A DNA stretch of 62,706 bases from Minisyncoccota bacterium (GTDB lineage Bacteria; Patescibacteriota; Minisyncoccia; JAHISW01; Tagabacteraceae), in the NCBI GenBank assembly GCA_028711505.1, contig JAQTSC010000004.1, forward strand, positions 1 through 62,706, given 5' to 3'. Positions 44,111 to 52,827 of the stretch are shown here, piece by piece. The notes beneath the pieces are model-generated. The model searched no databases, was not told where the DNA came from, and was given only the letters and a program-made list of their open reading frames with translations. The translations under genes and the position numbers were made by a program. The first letter of the stretch is position 1. The number at the start of each line of letters is the position of its first letter.

Positions 44111-44670
44111 AATTCAATTCCCTTTCTCGCTAAAATTCCTTTTTTGAAAGGGTGCTTTTTGTTTTCAAAAAAAGTAATGTAATCAGCTTTAGAAAAAATT
44201 TTTTTGTTCGCTTTTCTCCCTGTTAAAACAAGTTCGGTCCTATCAGACTTGTCTTTTATAATGTCCAATATCTTTTGGACATTTACAAGACCCATAAATT
44301 CGCTAACGCATATTTCATCCAAAACCACCAAGTCATATTTTCCCGAACAAACCACTTTTTTAGCTTCTTTCGTTGCTTTTTCAGCTTCTTTTTTATCAAT
44401 TTCTTTTGCCTCCCCTTTTCTTATAAACTCCAGTTTCCCGAATTGCTTGATGTCTATTTTACCCAGTTTTTTCAAGGATTTTATTTCTCCGTAAGGGTAT
44501 TTCCCTTTCATAAACTGAATTAAACAGCATTTTAAGTCTTGTCCGGCCGCTCTTGTTAAAAGGCCTATTCCGGCGCTTGTTTTGCCCTTTCCGTCTCCGG
44601 TGTAGACATGAACAAGTCCTGTTTTGGTTTTTGCGTTTTTCCAAGCGGGTCTTTGTTTCATGTGAACCAT
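44107..44670 (-). CDS. cob(I)yrinic acid a,c-diamide adenosyltransferase-like (CobA/BtuR family) P-loop protein
   Basis: 187 aa with VYTGDGKGKTSAGIGLLTRAAG...IQFMKG...YGE pattern. Start overlaps the yraN stop (TAATG). Confidence 0.7.
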   Translation of the reverse strand: MVHMKQRPAWKNAKTKTGLVHVYTGDGKGKTSAGIGLLTRAAGQDLKCCLIQFMKGKYPYGEIKSLKKLGKIDIKQFGKLEFIRKGEAKEIDKKEAEKATKEAKKVVCSGKYDLVVLDEICVSEFMGLVNVQKILDIIKDKSDRTELVLTGRKANKKIFSKADYITFFENKKHPFKKGILARKGIEF

Positions 44671-45065
44671 TATTCAAAAATAATGTTTTCCGTAATTCTT
44701 ATTTTATTCTCTCTTGTTTCTGAGTCTACCAAAATAGCAAAAACATCAATTTGGAATTCTGTGTTTTCTGAAATATTTTTTTCCGCCAGATAAGTTTTTA
44801 TCGTTTTCTCCAACCGTTGTTTTTTATGGAAGTGGACATTTGCTTCCGGTATTAGATTTTCAAAGTCTGTTTCATATGAAACAGACTTAACTTCTATAAA
44901 ATGCAAGATCTTTTTATTCCGAGTCTTGTCAAAGGATTCTGCTATCACATCTATCTCTCCCCATTTTTTTCTGTAATTTCTTTCAAGGATTTTATATCCG
45001 TGTTTCACAAGATGTTTCACGGTAATATCTTCCCCTTCTTTTCCTAGGTTGAGATGCTGAGCCAT
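44670..45065 (-). CDS. YraN (UPF0102) family endonuclease-like protein
   Basis: 131 aa with G...V.HL...GY.ILERNYR...GEIDVIA....L.FIEVK pattern. Confidence 0.75.
   Translation of the reverse strand: MAQHLNLGKEGEDITVKHLVKHGYKILERNYRKKWGEIDVIAESFDKTRNKKILHFIEVKSVSYETDFENLIPEANVHFHKKQRLEKTIKTYLAEKNISENTEFQIDVFAILVDSETRENKIRITENIIFE
44863..44888. repeat. 26-bp perfect palindrome AAGTCTGTTTCAT|ATGAAACAGACTT inside the yraN-like CDS
   Basis: Read directly. Encodes KSVSYETDF. Confidence 0.9.
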
Positions 45066-45088
45066 TTTAAAAAAGGATTTTAGGATTC

Positions 45089-45114
45089 TTTAGAGTTTCA
45101 TATGAAACTCTAAA
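45089..45114. repeat. 26-bp perfect palindrome TTTAGAGTTTCAT|ATGAAACTCTAAA
   Basis: Read directly. Lies between nusA and the yraN-like gene. Confidence 0.9.
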
Positions 45115-45128
45115 AAAGACCTTTTTGC

Positions 45129-46328
45129 TTATTTTTGTTGTTCCTGCTCAACGCCTTTCCCACTAACTTCGCCTTCTTCCGTTGCCTGCGCGATAGATTC
45201 GCCGGCTCTTGAACAAATATCAAGTTTCCACCCTGTTAGTTTTGCGGCTAACCGTACATTTTGACCTCTTTTCCCAATTGCCAAAGATACTTGTTCTTCA
45301 GAAACCATAACAGAAGCTTCTTTTCCGTGCGGTTTTATCTCTACTTCCAAAACTTTTGCCGGAGAAAGGGAATTGGCGATAAGGCTGGATGGTTCGTCAG
45401 ACCATTCTATAATGTCTATTTTTTCGCCGCCAAGCTCGGAAATAATAGTGCTTACACGAACCCCTTTCTGTCCGACGCAGGATCCGACAGGGTCAATTTC
45501 CTCTTTGTTTGAGGAAACCGCAATTTTGGAACGAGAACCTGCTTCTCTGGCAACGCTTTTTATTTCCACTATTCCGTTGGATATTTCCGGCACTTCCATT
45601 TCAAAAAGCTTGGTAAGAAATTTTGGATGTGTTCGGGAAAGGTAGATATTTATGCCTTTTGGAGTTTGCTCTATGAGGAAAATAATAGCTTTTATGCGTT
45701 CTCCAAGCCTGTATCTTTCTCCTCTGACCTGTTCTTCTCGCGGCAAAACAGCCGTGGCGCGGCCTAAATCAAGGAAAATATTTCCACCCTCTATTCTTTG
45801 GATAATACCGCTCGCTATTTCTCCTTCTTTATTCTTAAATTCGCCGTAAATTGAGTCTCTTTCCGCTTCTCTGATGCGTTGGATTATAACTTGTTTGCCT
45901 GTTTGAGCCGCTATTCTTCCGTAATCTGCCTGTGATTCGAGTGAAAAAATAAGTTCATCTCCGGTTTTTACGTCTTTTCTGATTTTTTGAGCCTCTTTTA
46001 TCATTATATGCCGTTCTGGATTGAATCTTATTTTGCGAATTTCTCCCTCTTCGAGCGGTTCTTCGACGATTTCTTCTGTTTCTTCGTTTTCTTCTCCTGT
46101 TTCAGGTTTTATCATTGTTTCGTCCAAGACTGTTTTTATCTGGGAAAACTCGGTTTTACCTGTCTTAAGGTCAAATTTAGCCCTTATAATTTGGCCTTTT
46201 TTGCCGTAATCCTTTTTATAGGCAGCCGCCAGCGCGTCTTCAAGGGTCTCTATAATTTTTTCTTTTGGGATATTTTTTTCGGTTTCCAGCTGTTCCAATG
46301 TTGATTGAAGAGTTTTTAGGTCAATCAT
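45129..46328 (-). CDS. nusA: transcription termination/antitermination factor NusA
   Basis: 399 aa with N-terminal domain, S1 and two KH domains (GSCVGQKGVRV, AIGKRGQNVRLA). Confidence 0.92.
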   Translation of the reverse strand: MIDLKTLQSTLEQLETEKNIPKEKIIETLEDALAAAYKKDYGKKGQIIRAKFDLKTGKTEFSQIKTVLDETMIKPETGEENEETEEIVEEPLEEGEIRKIRFNPERHIMIKEAQKIRKDVKTGDELIFSLESQADYGRIAAQTGKQVIIQRIREAERDSIYGEFKNKEGEIASGIIQRIEGGNIFLDLGRATAVLPREEQVRGERYRLGERIKAIIFLIEQTPKGINIYLSRTHPKFLTKLFEMEVPEISNGIVEIKSVAREAGSRSKIAVSSNKEEIDPVGSCVGQKGVRVSTIISELGGEKIDIIEWSDEPSSLIANSLSPAKVLEVEIKPHGKEASVMVSEEQVSLAIGKRGQNVRLAAKLTGWKLDICSRAGESIAQATEEGEVSGKGVEQEQQK

Positions 46329-46448
46329 ATGTAAGTAATTTTAATTATAAACTTTAAATTCTAAGGTTTCTTTAAAAGTTTCTATTTAAAAATCCGCTCG
46401 GCTTAAGCAGAACGGATTCTTTTTTAAGAATAGGGGAACTTTTTTAAA

Positions 46449-46489
46449 TTGTCAAATCTATTGACAAAAACGGGAATGTTTGCTTTACT
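46449..46489 (+). promoter_or_regulatory. candidate promoter with overlapping palindromic operator, upstream of the AAA+/VWA pair
   Basis: TTGACA (46461-46466), 17 nt spacer, TTTACT (46484-46489). The inverted repeat TTGTCAA-ATCTA-TTGACAA (46449-46467) covers the -35 box. Confidence 0.45.
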
Positions 46490-46602
46490 TGGCGGTGAAT
46501 TGTCCGTTGAAAAAAATCTTTTTGGCAATGCAGCTATGGAGAGAAAGGAGTTAGGAATACCACATTGGAAAAAACCTATTATAGTATGAAGGAGGAAATA
46601 GT

Positions 46603-47856
46603 ATGGCGGCAAAATTGTGCGGTCAAAATTTGAAAGACGCGGTAAAGGTTTACAATGAAATGTTTGCTGACCTTAAACGGTGTTTTGTCGGCAGAGATCA
46701 TGTTGTGGATGTTCTGAGATATGCTGTTGCTCAATGCCAACATGTTTTGATTTTCGGCGACCCTGGTACGGCCAAAACGGCCATCTTTGACGTATTTTTC
46801 TCCGGAATTGAAGGTGCCAACGGATTTCATGTCGAGCTCAATATGTTTATGACGGCGGACGAACTTTTCGGTCCGCTTAATCCGAAGAAAATGCGAGAAG
46901 AAGGTGTCCTTGAACATAATATAGAAGGGATGTTGCCTCAAGCAAATTTGGCACGGCTTGGAGAGTTTCTCGATGCCAATATGCCGCTTTTGCGTTCGAC
47001 TTTGTCGGCGTTAAACGAGCGCCGGTTCATCAGAGGCAAACAGGCAGTGAATATTCCTTTGATTACGGCCTATTGCGACACAAATACGCCTCCAGGCGTG
47101 TTTTTGGCAAAGAATCCGCAGGCGTGGGCTGTTTTCGACCGTTTTTTGTTCATCACAGAAGCTCCGTATTTGGATAATGCCGGCGATTTGGGGGAGATGA
47201 TTCGGCGTTTCCAAATGGCCGAAGTGGGAAAACTGAAATCAAAGATTTCTTTGTCTTTGATTCGAGAAATCAGTCGGCTGATTGTCGAACCACCTTCGCT
47301 TTTTACCAATCCGGCGTTTTTCCTCTCCATGGGGGAAGCTTTGTGTGAGTATAGGCAGAAGAGGCGGGGCCTTATCGCGAACAAAAGGATTTTACAGATT
47401 ATGCCTGATATTTCGGACCGTCGGATTTGTTGGGCAACCCAAATGGCAGAAGCACACGCGGTTTTAGACGACGCTAGAACCGAGATTTTTCCGGAAGATA
47501 TCCTGCATTTACATTACGCCTTGGGCACAACCGAAGACGAAAAAGCGCTTTGGCTGAGTATCGCCGAAAGATACGTGGAAAAGATAAAAGAAACAATGAA
47601 ACTTCAGTTAAGCGATTTACAATACGCCGCGCTGGAAGGTTTTGTGAAGGAAATGGAACAATTGGTTCCTGCTTCCTGCAATAATCCGGAAGCTTTGCGT
47701 CAGTCGAATAAAAGGGCGGGTGAAATTTCGCGTCAGATTGCGGCCATTGTGCCGGAAAAACCCGAAGTTGACGCCTTTAAACAGAAAGCGAAACAGACCG
47801 CCGTTGACGTCCTTAAGGATATTCAGAAAAAGATGCAGGAGTATCTGAACGGGTAG
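46603..47856 (+). CDS. MoxR-class AAA+ ATPase, RavA-like
   Basis: 417 aa with Walker A GDPGTAKT, FMTADELFGPL and LNERRF segments that parallel RavA. Strong AAGGAGG Shine-Dalgarno sequence. Confidence 0.75.
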   Translation: MAAKLCGQNLKDAVKVYNEMFADLKRCFVGRDHVVDVLRYAVAQCQHVLIFGDPGTAKTAIFDVFFSGIEGANGFHVELNMFMTADELFGPLNPKKMREEGVLEHNIEGMLPQANLARLGEFLDANMPLLRSTLSALNERRFIRGKQAVNIPLITAYCDTNTPPGVFLAKNPQAWAVFDRFLFITEAPYLDNAGDLGEMIRRFQMAEVGKLKSKISLSLIREISRLIVEPPSLFTNPAFFLSMGEALCEYRQKRRGLIANKRILQIMPDISDRRICWATQMAEAHAVLDDARTEIFPEDILHLHYALGTTEDEKALWLSIAERYVEKIKETMKLQLSDLQYAALEGFVKEMEQLVPASCNNPEALRQSNKRAGEISRQIAAIVPEKPEVDAFKQKAKQTAVDVLKDIQKKMQEYLNG

Positions 47857-47879
47857 AAAAGCGAGAAGGGAGGTGCTTT

Positions 47880-48878
47880 ATGATCGGTTTAATGGCGGCG
47901 GCAGCCGCCGCTGGTTTAGCCACGTTTCTTCTTTGTTTTCTTCTAGAAAGGATAGCAAGGAAGCGAGACAAGGAGAGGCAAAAGGAGGATCGGGCTTGGA
48001 GTGAGGCAGAAAAGCAGGCGGGGGAAGAGGCAGAGGCAAAAAGGCAGGCAGAGGAAAAAAAAGAGGCAGAAAGGGCGGAAGCAGAAAGGCGGGCAAGAGG
48101 AGAAGAAGAGCGGAGAAAAAATGTTGAACGTTTGAATCGAGAACAGAGAAGAAATGAACTTCTGGAGAGAATCGTTCGCGAGACGGAGTTTTCTTTGGGT
48201 GAGACGGAGGTTTTATCTGATTCGACTGACCCGGAGGCCGTTTCGCGACCATCAATAGTTCCCACCGGTTTCATTGACATCAGGCCTGTGCAAAGTATGG
48301 AGGAAATTCGCAATATCCTTCCTGTTCAGCAATTGATGGATGACGAAAGCTTTTACGCGAGCCTTGCAGCGCACCAGCTTTTGGTTCTTCAGCCGATGGA
48401 GTTTACGGTAAAGGCAAAAAAAGTTTTAGTCTTGCTCGTTGACCGTTCAGACAGTATGAAAGAACTCGGCCGTGTTTTTTGGGCCATAGCATTGGTTGAA
48501 AAGATGGCAGATAAGTGTTTGGACGCCGGTGCTTGCCTTATTCTGAAGGTTTTTACAGAGTTTATAGAAAGCGTTGCCAAGGCGGAGACTCCGGAACAAT
48601 TTGCCGAGCTAAAAAGGCAATTGCCTCACTTGCTTTCCCCGGACGGAGGCACAAACATTCAAGTCGCCCTTAAAAGTGCTATTGGCGAACTTTCTTCTTC
48701 TAAGATATCGGAGAAGAAAATCCTTTTGGCAACTGATGGTGATTGTCCGATAGATGAGAATGACCTTCTTTTGAGTCTTAAGGAAAATAATATATCCCTG
48801 CGTACCGTATGCATAAGCGGAGAACACGCAGGGTTGATGAGAATTTCGGAGTTTTACGATGTTCTTTGGGATCATTAA
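47880..48878 (+). CDS. membrane-anchored VWA-domain protein with a charged E/R/K/A coiled-coil linker
   Basis: 332 aa with an N-terminal TM helix, a ~70-aa EAEKQAGEEAEAKRQAEEKKEAERAEAERRA tract, a MIDAS DRSDS motif and a GGGAGG Shine-Dalgarno sequence. Confidence 0.75.
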   Translation: MIGLMAAAAAAGLATFLLCFLLERIARKRDKERQKEDRAWSEAEKQAGEEAEAKRQAEEKKEAERAEAERRARGEEERRKNVERLNREQRRNELLERIVRETEFSLGETEVLSDSTDPEAVSRPSIVPTGFIDIRPVQSMEEIRNILPVQQLMDDESFYASLAAHQLLVLQPMEFTVKAKKVLVLLVDRSDSMKELGRVFWAIALVEKMADKCLDAGACLILKVFTEFIESVAKAETPEQFAELKRQLPHLLSPDGGTNIQVALKSAIGELSSSKISEKKILLATDGDCPIDENDLLLSLKENNISLRTVCISGEHAGLMRISEFYDVLWDH

Positions 48879-48886
48879 TCATTATG

Positions 48887-48943
48887 AAAAGGCCGTTTCT
48901 CTTTGCCAATTGGCAAAATTGAGGAATGGCCTTTTGTTTTTTT
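48887..48943 (+). terminator. intrinsic terminator after the VWA gene
   Basis: AAAAGGCC...GGCCTTTT stem enclosing the TTGCCAATTGGCAA palindrome, followed by GTTTTTTT. Confidence 0.6.
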
Positions 48944-49221
48944 GCAAAACGTTGATTATGCCGTTTGGCGGTTTTCCGGCAGAAATTCCACAGTTTTTTC
49001 TGTAATCGCAAAATTTATTCTCGAAATTTTTTCGGGTCTGCTATTTTAACTTCGCCAATAAGGCTTTTTCCTTATTCTTTATCGGAATATCTTTAGCCAA
49101 GACCTTCAAATCTGTTCACAAACTTAAAGTATCACGAAACCGCGTCCGGTAAAAATATAATCGCTTAAAGGTTTTGTCAATAAAAACGAGAGAAAATTAA
49201 ATCGTCAAATTTAGCTGAAAA

Positions 49222-49548
49222 TTAGTGTTTTAGCTCGTTTTGCCCCAATTCGTAAAGCTTTTTTATGAGCTCTTCGGGATAGCCCGTCTTTTTGCTTACC
49301 GCGGCAATAGCTCCGCTTAAATTTTCTTTAAATGTTTTTGACTTTTCCAGCCCCGCTTGTTCAAGAGACTGGGGTATCCACCTCGGGTTTGAAAGAATTC
49401 TGTTAAGCTCGTGATCTTCTCTGTTTTTTATCTGCTCGGCCGCCTTGGTAGTTTTAGCTTCGGCTTCCGGGTCGGGCATGTTTTCTTTCGTTTTTGGAAA
49501 TCCGAAAGCGGCGGATTCCGCACTTTCTGTCCTTTTGAATATGTTCAT
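49222..49548 (-). CDS. hypothetical soluble protein (start uncertain)
   Basis: The minus-strand ORF has protein-like composition. I chose the internal ATG preceded by TATAAT. The longer version would overlap the kinase start. Confidence 0.4.
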   Translation of the reverse strand: MNIFKRTESAESAAFGFPKTKENMPDPEAEAKTTKAAEQIKNREDHELNRILSNPRWIPQSLEQAGLEKSKTFKENLSGAIAAVSKKTGYPEELIKKLYELGQNELKH

Positions 49549-49648
49549 TTTTTCATTATACTTTGCGATGCTAAAACTCGCAATTTCAGAAAGGAAACGC
49601 ATTCTGTGGATTAGTTTTTGTTCTTTTTTTGGTATAATAAACATACTT

Positions 49649-50605
49649 ATGGAAAAACTTTTTTCCAAAATAATTGACTCTTTAAATTTCAAAAAATACT
49701 GCCAGGACTACAAGGTGGGAATTTGGGAATGTCCGCCTTTTATTTTTACTTTAATGGGCGCGATAATCGGTATCGCTATCTTGACGACGTATTATGTCGG
49801 ACGGCTTTACACGGATCCCTATGTTTTGATTTTGATACTTTGTATTGTGGCGGTCGCGCTTTTTATTCTGAGTTATTTTATCGTGAATTCTTTTGAACGC
49901 ATCGCTTTCGCTTCAAGGGAAAAATCCGAGTTTATCGGCATAATGTCGCATCAATTGAGGGGTCCTTTGGCTTCAATAAAATGGCAGATAGACCTTTTGC
50001 TTGGAAACGGCGGAAGCAATAATCAGCTTGAGCAAAAATTTCGCGAGTCGCTTATCGCCGTTGATGAGCAGAACGAGAGAATGCTGCGCATGGTGAGCGA
50101 CCTTTTGGAAATTAGCCGCATTGAAAGCAGGACGCTGGTGCTTATGAAATCTTCTTTTCCTTTGCAGGAACTGGCAAAAGAAATTGTTGATAAATACGCG
50201 GAGAAATCTTCTTATCTTGGCGTCAATTTGGTCTTTTCTTCTTCGGGCGACAACCTGGTGGTGGCGGCCGACAAAATGAAAATAGGGGAAGCGCTTTCCC
50301 GTATAATAGACAATGCCATGAGATACAGTTCGCACGGCGGGAAAATAATGGTTTTTTTGAATAAGGAAAACAACAATGCCCGGTGTTTGGTTAATGACGA
50401 AGGCGCCGGAATTCCGGAAGAAGAATCAAAAAATTTATTTAAGAAATTTTTTAGAGGCTCTTTGGCGGATAAGTACAAACACGACGGGCTCGGGCTCGGG
50501 CTTTATATGGCAAAATCCATAGTAGAATCTTCCGGCGGGGAAATCGGTTTTTCAAGCGTTGAAGGAAAAGGCTCCACTTTTTGGTTTTCTCTTCCCTTAA
50601 GATAA
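49649..50605 (+). CDS. membrane sensor histidine kinase
   Basis: H-box IMSHQLRGPL, N-box RIIDNAMRYS, G-boxes DEGAGIP / GLGLGL. Start set at the ATG at 49649, with TATAAT 11 nt upstream. The upstream part of the track ORF is antisense to the neighbouring gene. Confidence 0.85.
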   Translation: MEKLFSKIIDSLNFKKYCQDYKVGIWECPPFIFTLMGAIIGIAILTTYYVGRLYTDPYVLILILCIVAVALFILSYFIVNSFERIAFASREKSEFIGIMSHQLRGPLASIKWQIDLLLGNGGSNNQLEQKFRESLIAVDEQNERMLRMVSDLLEISRIESRTLVLMKSSFPLQELAKEIVDKYAEKSSYLGVNLVFSSSGDNLVVAADKMKIGEALSRIIDNAMRYSSHGGKIMVFLNKENNNARCLVNDEGAGIPEEESKNLFKKFFRGSLADKYKHDGLGLGLYMAKSIVESSGGEIGFSSVEGKGSTFWFSLPLR

Positions 50606-50631
50606 TTTTACAATTAAGCCCAATTTTAATT

Positions 50632-51003
50632 ATGGCCGCAAAAAAAATTTTATTTATTGAAGATGAACGCCGTTTGCACGAGTTGATGTCTCCTGTTTTA
50701 AGGAAAGCCGGATATGAAGTTTTTGACGCTTATGACGGAGAACTCGGGCTTGAAATTTTTAAAGAACAAAAACCGGACCTGGTTATTTTGGATTTGATTC
50801 TTCCAAAAAAAGACGGCTTTGAAATTTTGGAAAAAATTCGCGAAGACAAAGAACTGAAAGATACTTCTGTCGCGATACTGACGAACCTTGAGGAGAAATT
50901 CGACATAGAAAGAGCGATGGCGTATGGCGCCAGAGCTTATCTCGTTAAAGCCAATTACGGACCGGAGGAAATATTAAAAAAAGTAAATGAAATATTGAAT
51001 TAA
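50632..51003 (+). CDS. single-domain (CheY-like) response regulator
   Basis: 123 aa from the internal ATG, with ILFIEDE...DLILP...K receiver pattern. Confidence 0.85.
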   Translation: MAAKKILFIEDERRLHELMSPVLRKAGYEVFDAYDGELGLEIFKEQKPDLVILDLILPKKDGFEILEKIREDKELKDTSVAILTNLEEKFDIERAMAYGARAYLVKANYGPEEILKKVNEILN

Positions 51004-51024
51004 ATCGTCCCTCTATTTTTCGGA

Positions 51025-52776
51025 ATGCGCGTTGAACCACAACAATTAAAAGATTTTTTGCTTGATTCCGGGCTTGTCACTTCGGCTGACGTTGAATCCG
51101 CGGAAAAAAAGGCCGGGGAAGCAAAACAGGAACTTGGAGAAATCCTCATAAAGGAAAATAAAATTTCCGAAGACGACTTGCGCCGTTTGCAGGCTTATAT
51201 TTTGGGAATTCCTTTCGTAAATTTGGAAAAAGAAAAACTTGATTTTGAAATTTTGTCGCACATACCCGAGCCGATAGCAAAATCGTATAACATCATCGCT
51301 TTTAAGAGGACGGGAAATAATCTGGAAGTGGCGATGCTTGACCCGAATGACCTTGAGGCCATAGATTTTGTCAGGAAAAAATCCAATTTTAAAATTTTAC
51401 CCAGGCTTACGACGCGCGAATCCATAAAACACGGGCTTCAGCAGTATCACAAAAGCTTGCAGGCGGAGTTCAGCGAAATAATAAAAAAAGAATCGGCGGA
51501 AATAAAAACCATAGGCGTGACCGAAGGGGAGGAAGTGAATCCTGAAGATTTGAAAAAGATGGCTGAAGATTTGCCCGTGGTGAGGATAGTGGATACGCTG
51601 CTTCAGCACGCGATAATACAGAGGGCGTCGGATATTCATATTGAACCAAGAGAAAAAGAAGTTCTCGTGAGATATCGCATCGACGGAATTTTGCGCGATA
51701 CTATGGATTTGCCCGGAGATGTTTCAGACGCGATAATCGCCCGCATAAAAATTCTTTCCAATTTGAGGCTTGATGAAAAACGCCTGCCGCAGGACGGAAG
51801 ATTTAAAATTGAAACGGAAGGTTCCAAAGTTTCTTTCAGGGTTTCCATACTTCCCGTTTCCGGCGGAGAAAAAGCGGTTTTACGTCTTTTGCCCGAAGAT
51901 TCAAAAGGATTTTCTCTTGAAGTGCTCGGTTTTTTCGGTGATCAACTGGAAGCGGTGCAAAAAGCAATGAACAGGCCGCATGGGTTGATTCTTGCGACAG
52001 GCCCTACCGGTTGCGGCAAGACCACTACTCTTTACACTGTTTTGGATATAGTGAATACGCCGGAAGTGAATATTTGCACAATTGAAGATCCGATTGAATA
52101 CCAAATTCCGCGAATAAACCAGACACAGGTAAAACCCGATATCGGTTTTACTTTCGCAAACGGGCTTCGGTCTTTAGTCAGGCAAGACCCGGATATAATA
52201 ATGGTCGGCGAAATAAGAGACGGCGAAACGGCGTCTCTTGCAATCAACGCCGCCCTTACCGGACATTTGGTTTTTTCAACTTTGCATACCAATTCAGCCG
52301 CCGGCGCGATTCCAAGACTTTTGGATATGAAAGTGGAATCTTTTCTTCTGGCTTCAACTTTGGATTTGATTATCGCGCAAAGGCTTGTCCGAACTCTTAC
52401 GAATTCAAAAAAGCCTTACAAACTTTCCAAAAAAGAAATTGAAGAACTTGGCAAAGAAGTGGACTTGAAAAGAGTTTTGGAATTTTTAAAAAATTTGAAA
52501 CTGGCCAAACCGGATCAGGCTCTTGAAGATATCACTTTTTATAAACCGGAACCGTCAGCCGAAAGTCCGGACGGATACAAGGGAAGAATCGGAATTCACG
52601 AAACACTTTCGATGCGCGACACGATAAGAACGCTTATAATGAAGAACGCGACTTCCGATGAAATAGAAGAACAGGCAAAAAAAGAGGGAATGATTACGAT
52701 GTTTGAAGACGGAATAATCAAGTCGGCGCAGGGAATTACCAGCATAGAGGAAGTCTTTCGTGTGACGAGAGAATAA
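51025..52776 (+). CDS. pilB: type IV pilus assembly ATPase PilB (GspE family), paralog 2
   Basis: 583 aa with a T2SSE N-domain, Walker A GPTGCGKTTTLY and TGHLVFSTLHTN. Confidence 0.92.
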   Translation: MRVEPQQLKDFLLDSGLVTSADVESAEKKAGEAKQELGEILIKENKISEDDLRRLQAYILGIPFVNLEKEKLDFEILSHIPEPIAKSYNIIAFKRTGNNLEVAMLDPNDLEAIDFVRKKSNFKILPRLTTRESIKHGLQQYHKSLQAEFSEIIKKESAEIKTIGVTEGEEVNPEDLKKMAEDLPVVRIVDTLLQHAIIQRASDIHIEPREKEVLVRYRIDGILRDTMDLPGDVSDAIIARIKILSNLRLDEKRLPQDGRFKIETEGSKVSFRVSILPVSGGEKAVLRLLPEDSKGFSLEVLGFFGDQLEAVQKAMNRPHGLILATGPTGCGKTTTLYTVLDIVNTPEVNICTIEDPIEYQIPRINQTQVKPDIGFTFANGLRSLVRQDPDIIMVGEIRDGETASLAINAALTGHLVFSTLHTNSAAGAIPRLLDMKVESFLLASTLDLIIAQRLVRTLTNSKKPYKLSKKEIEELGKEVDLKRVLEFLKNLKLAKPDQALEDITFYKPEPSAESPDGYKGRIGIHETLSMRDTIRTLIMKNATSDEIEEQAKKEGMITMFEDGIIKSAQGITSIEEVFRVTRE

Positions 52777-52827
52777 AAACAATTTATATTTTTAGCGGTT
52801 TTTGTTTATTATCAATAAAAACGAAAA

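Noticed and set aside
49174-49202. Plus-strand promoter-like TTGTCA-17-TTAAAT in the 343-bp spacer after the VWA gene
   Set aside because: It would fire antisense into the 49222-49548 gene with no plus-strand target for 450 nt. In AT-rich spacers such matches are expected by chance.
49445-49692. N-terminal extension of the histidine kinase (from 49445) and the longer version of the minus-strand ORF (to 49692)
   Set aside because: The two extensions overlap each other antisense, so only one can be real. The minus-strand frame has protein-like codon structure up to about 49548. The kinase has an ATG at 49649 preceded by TATAAT. Both extensions were trimmed, and the start sites remain uncertain.
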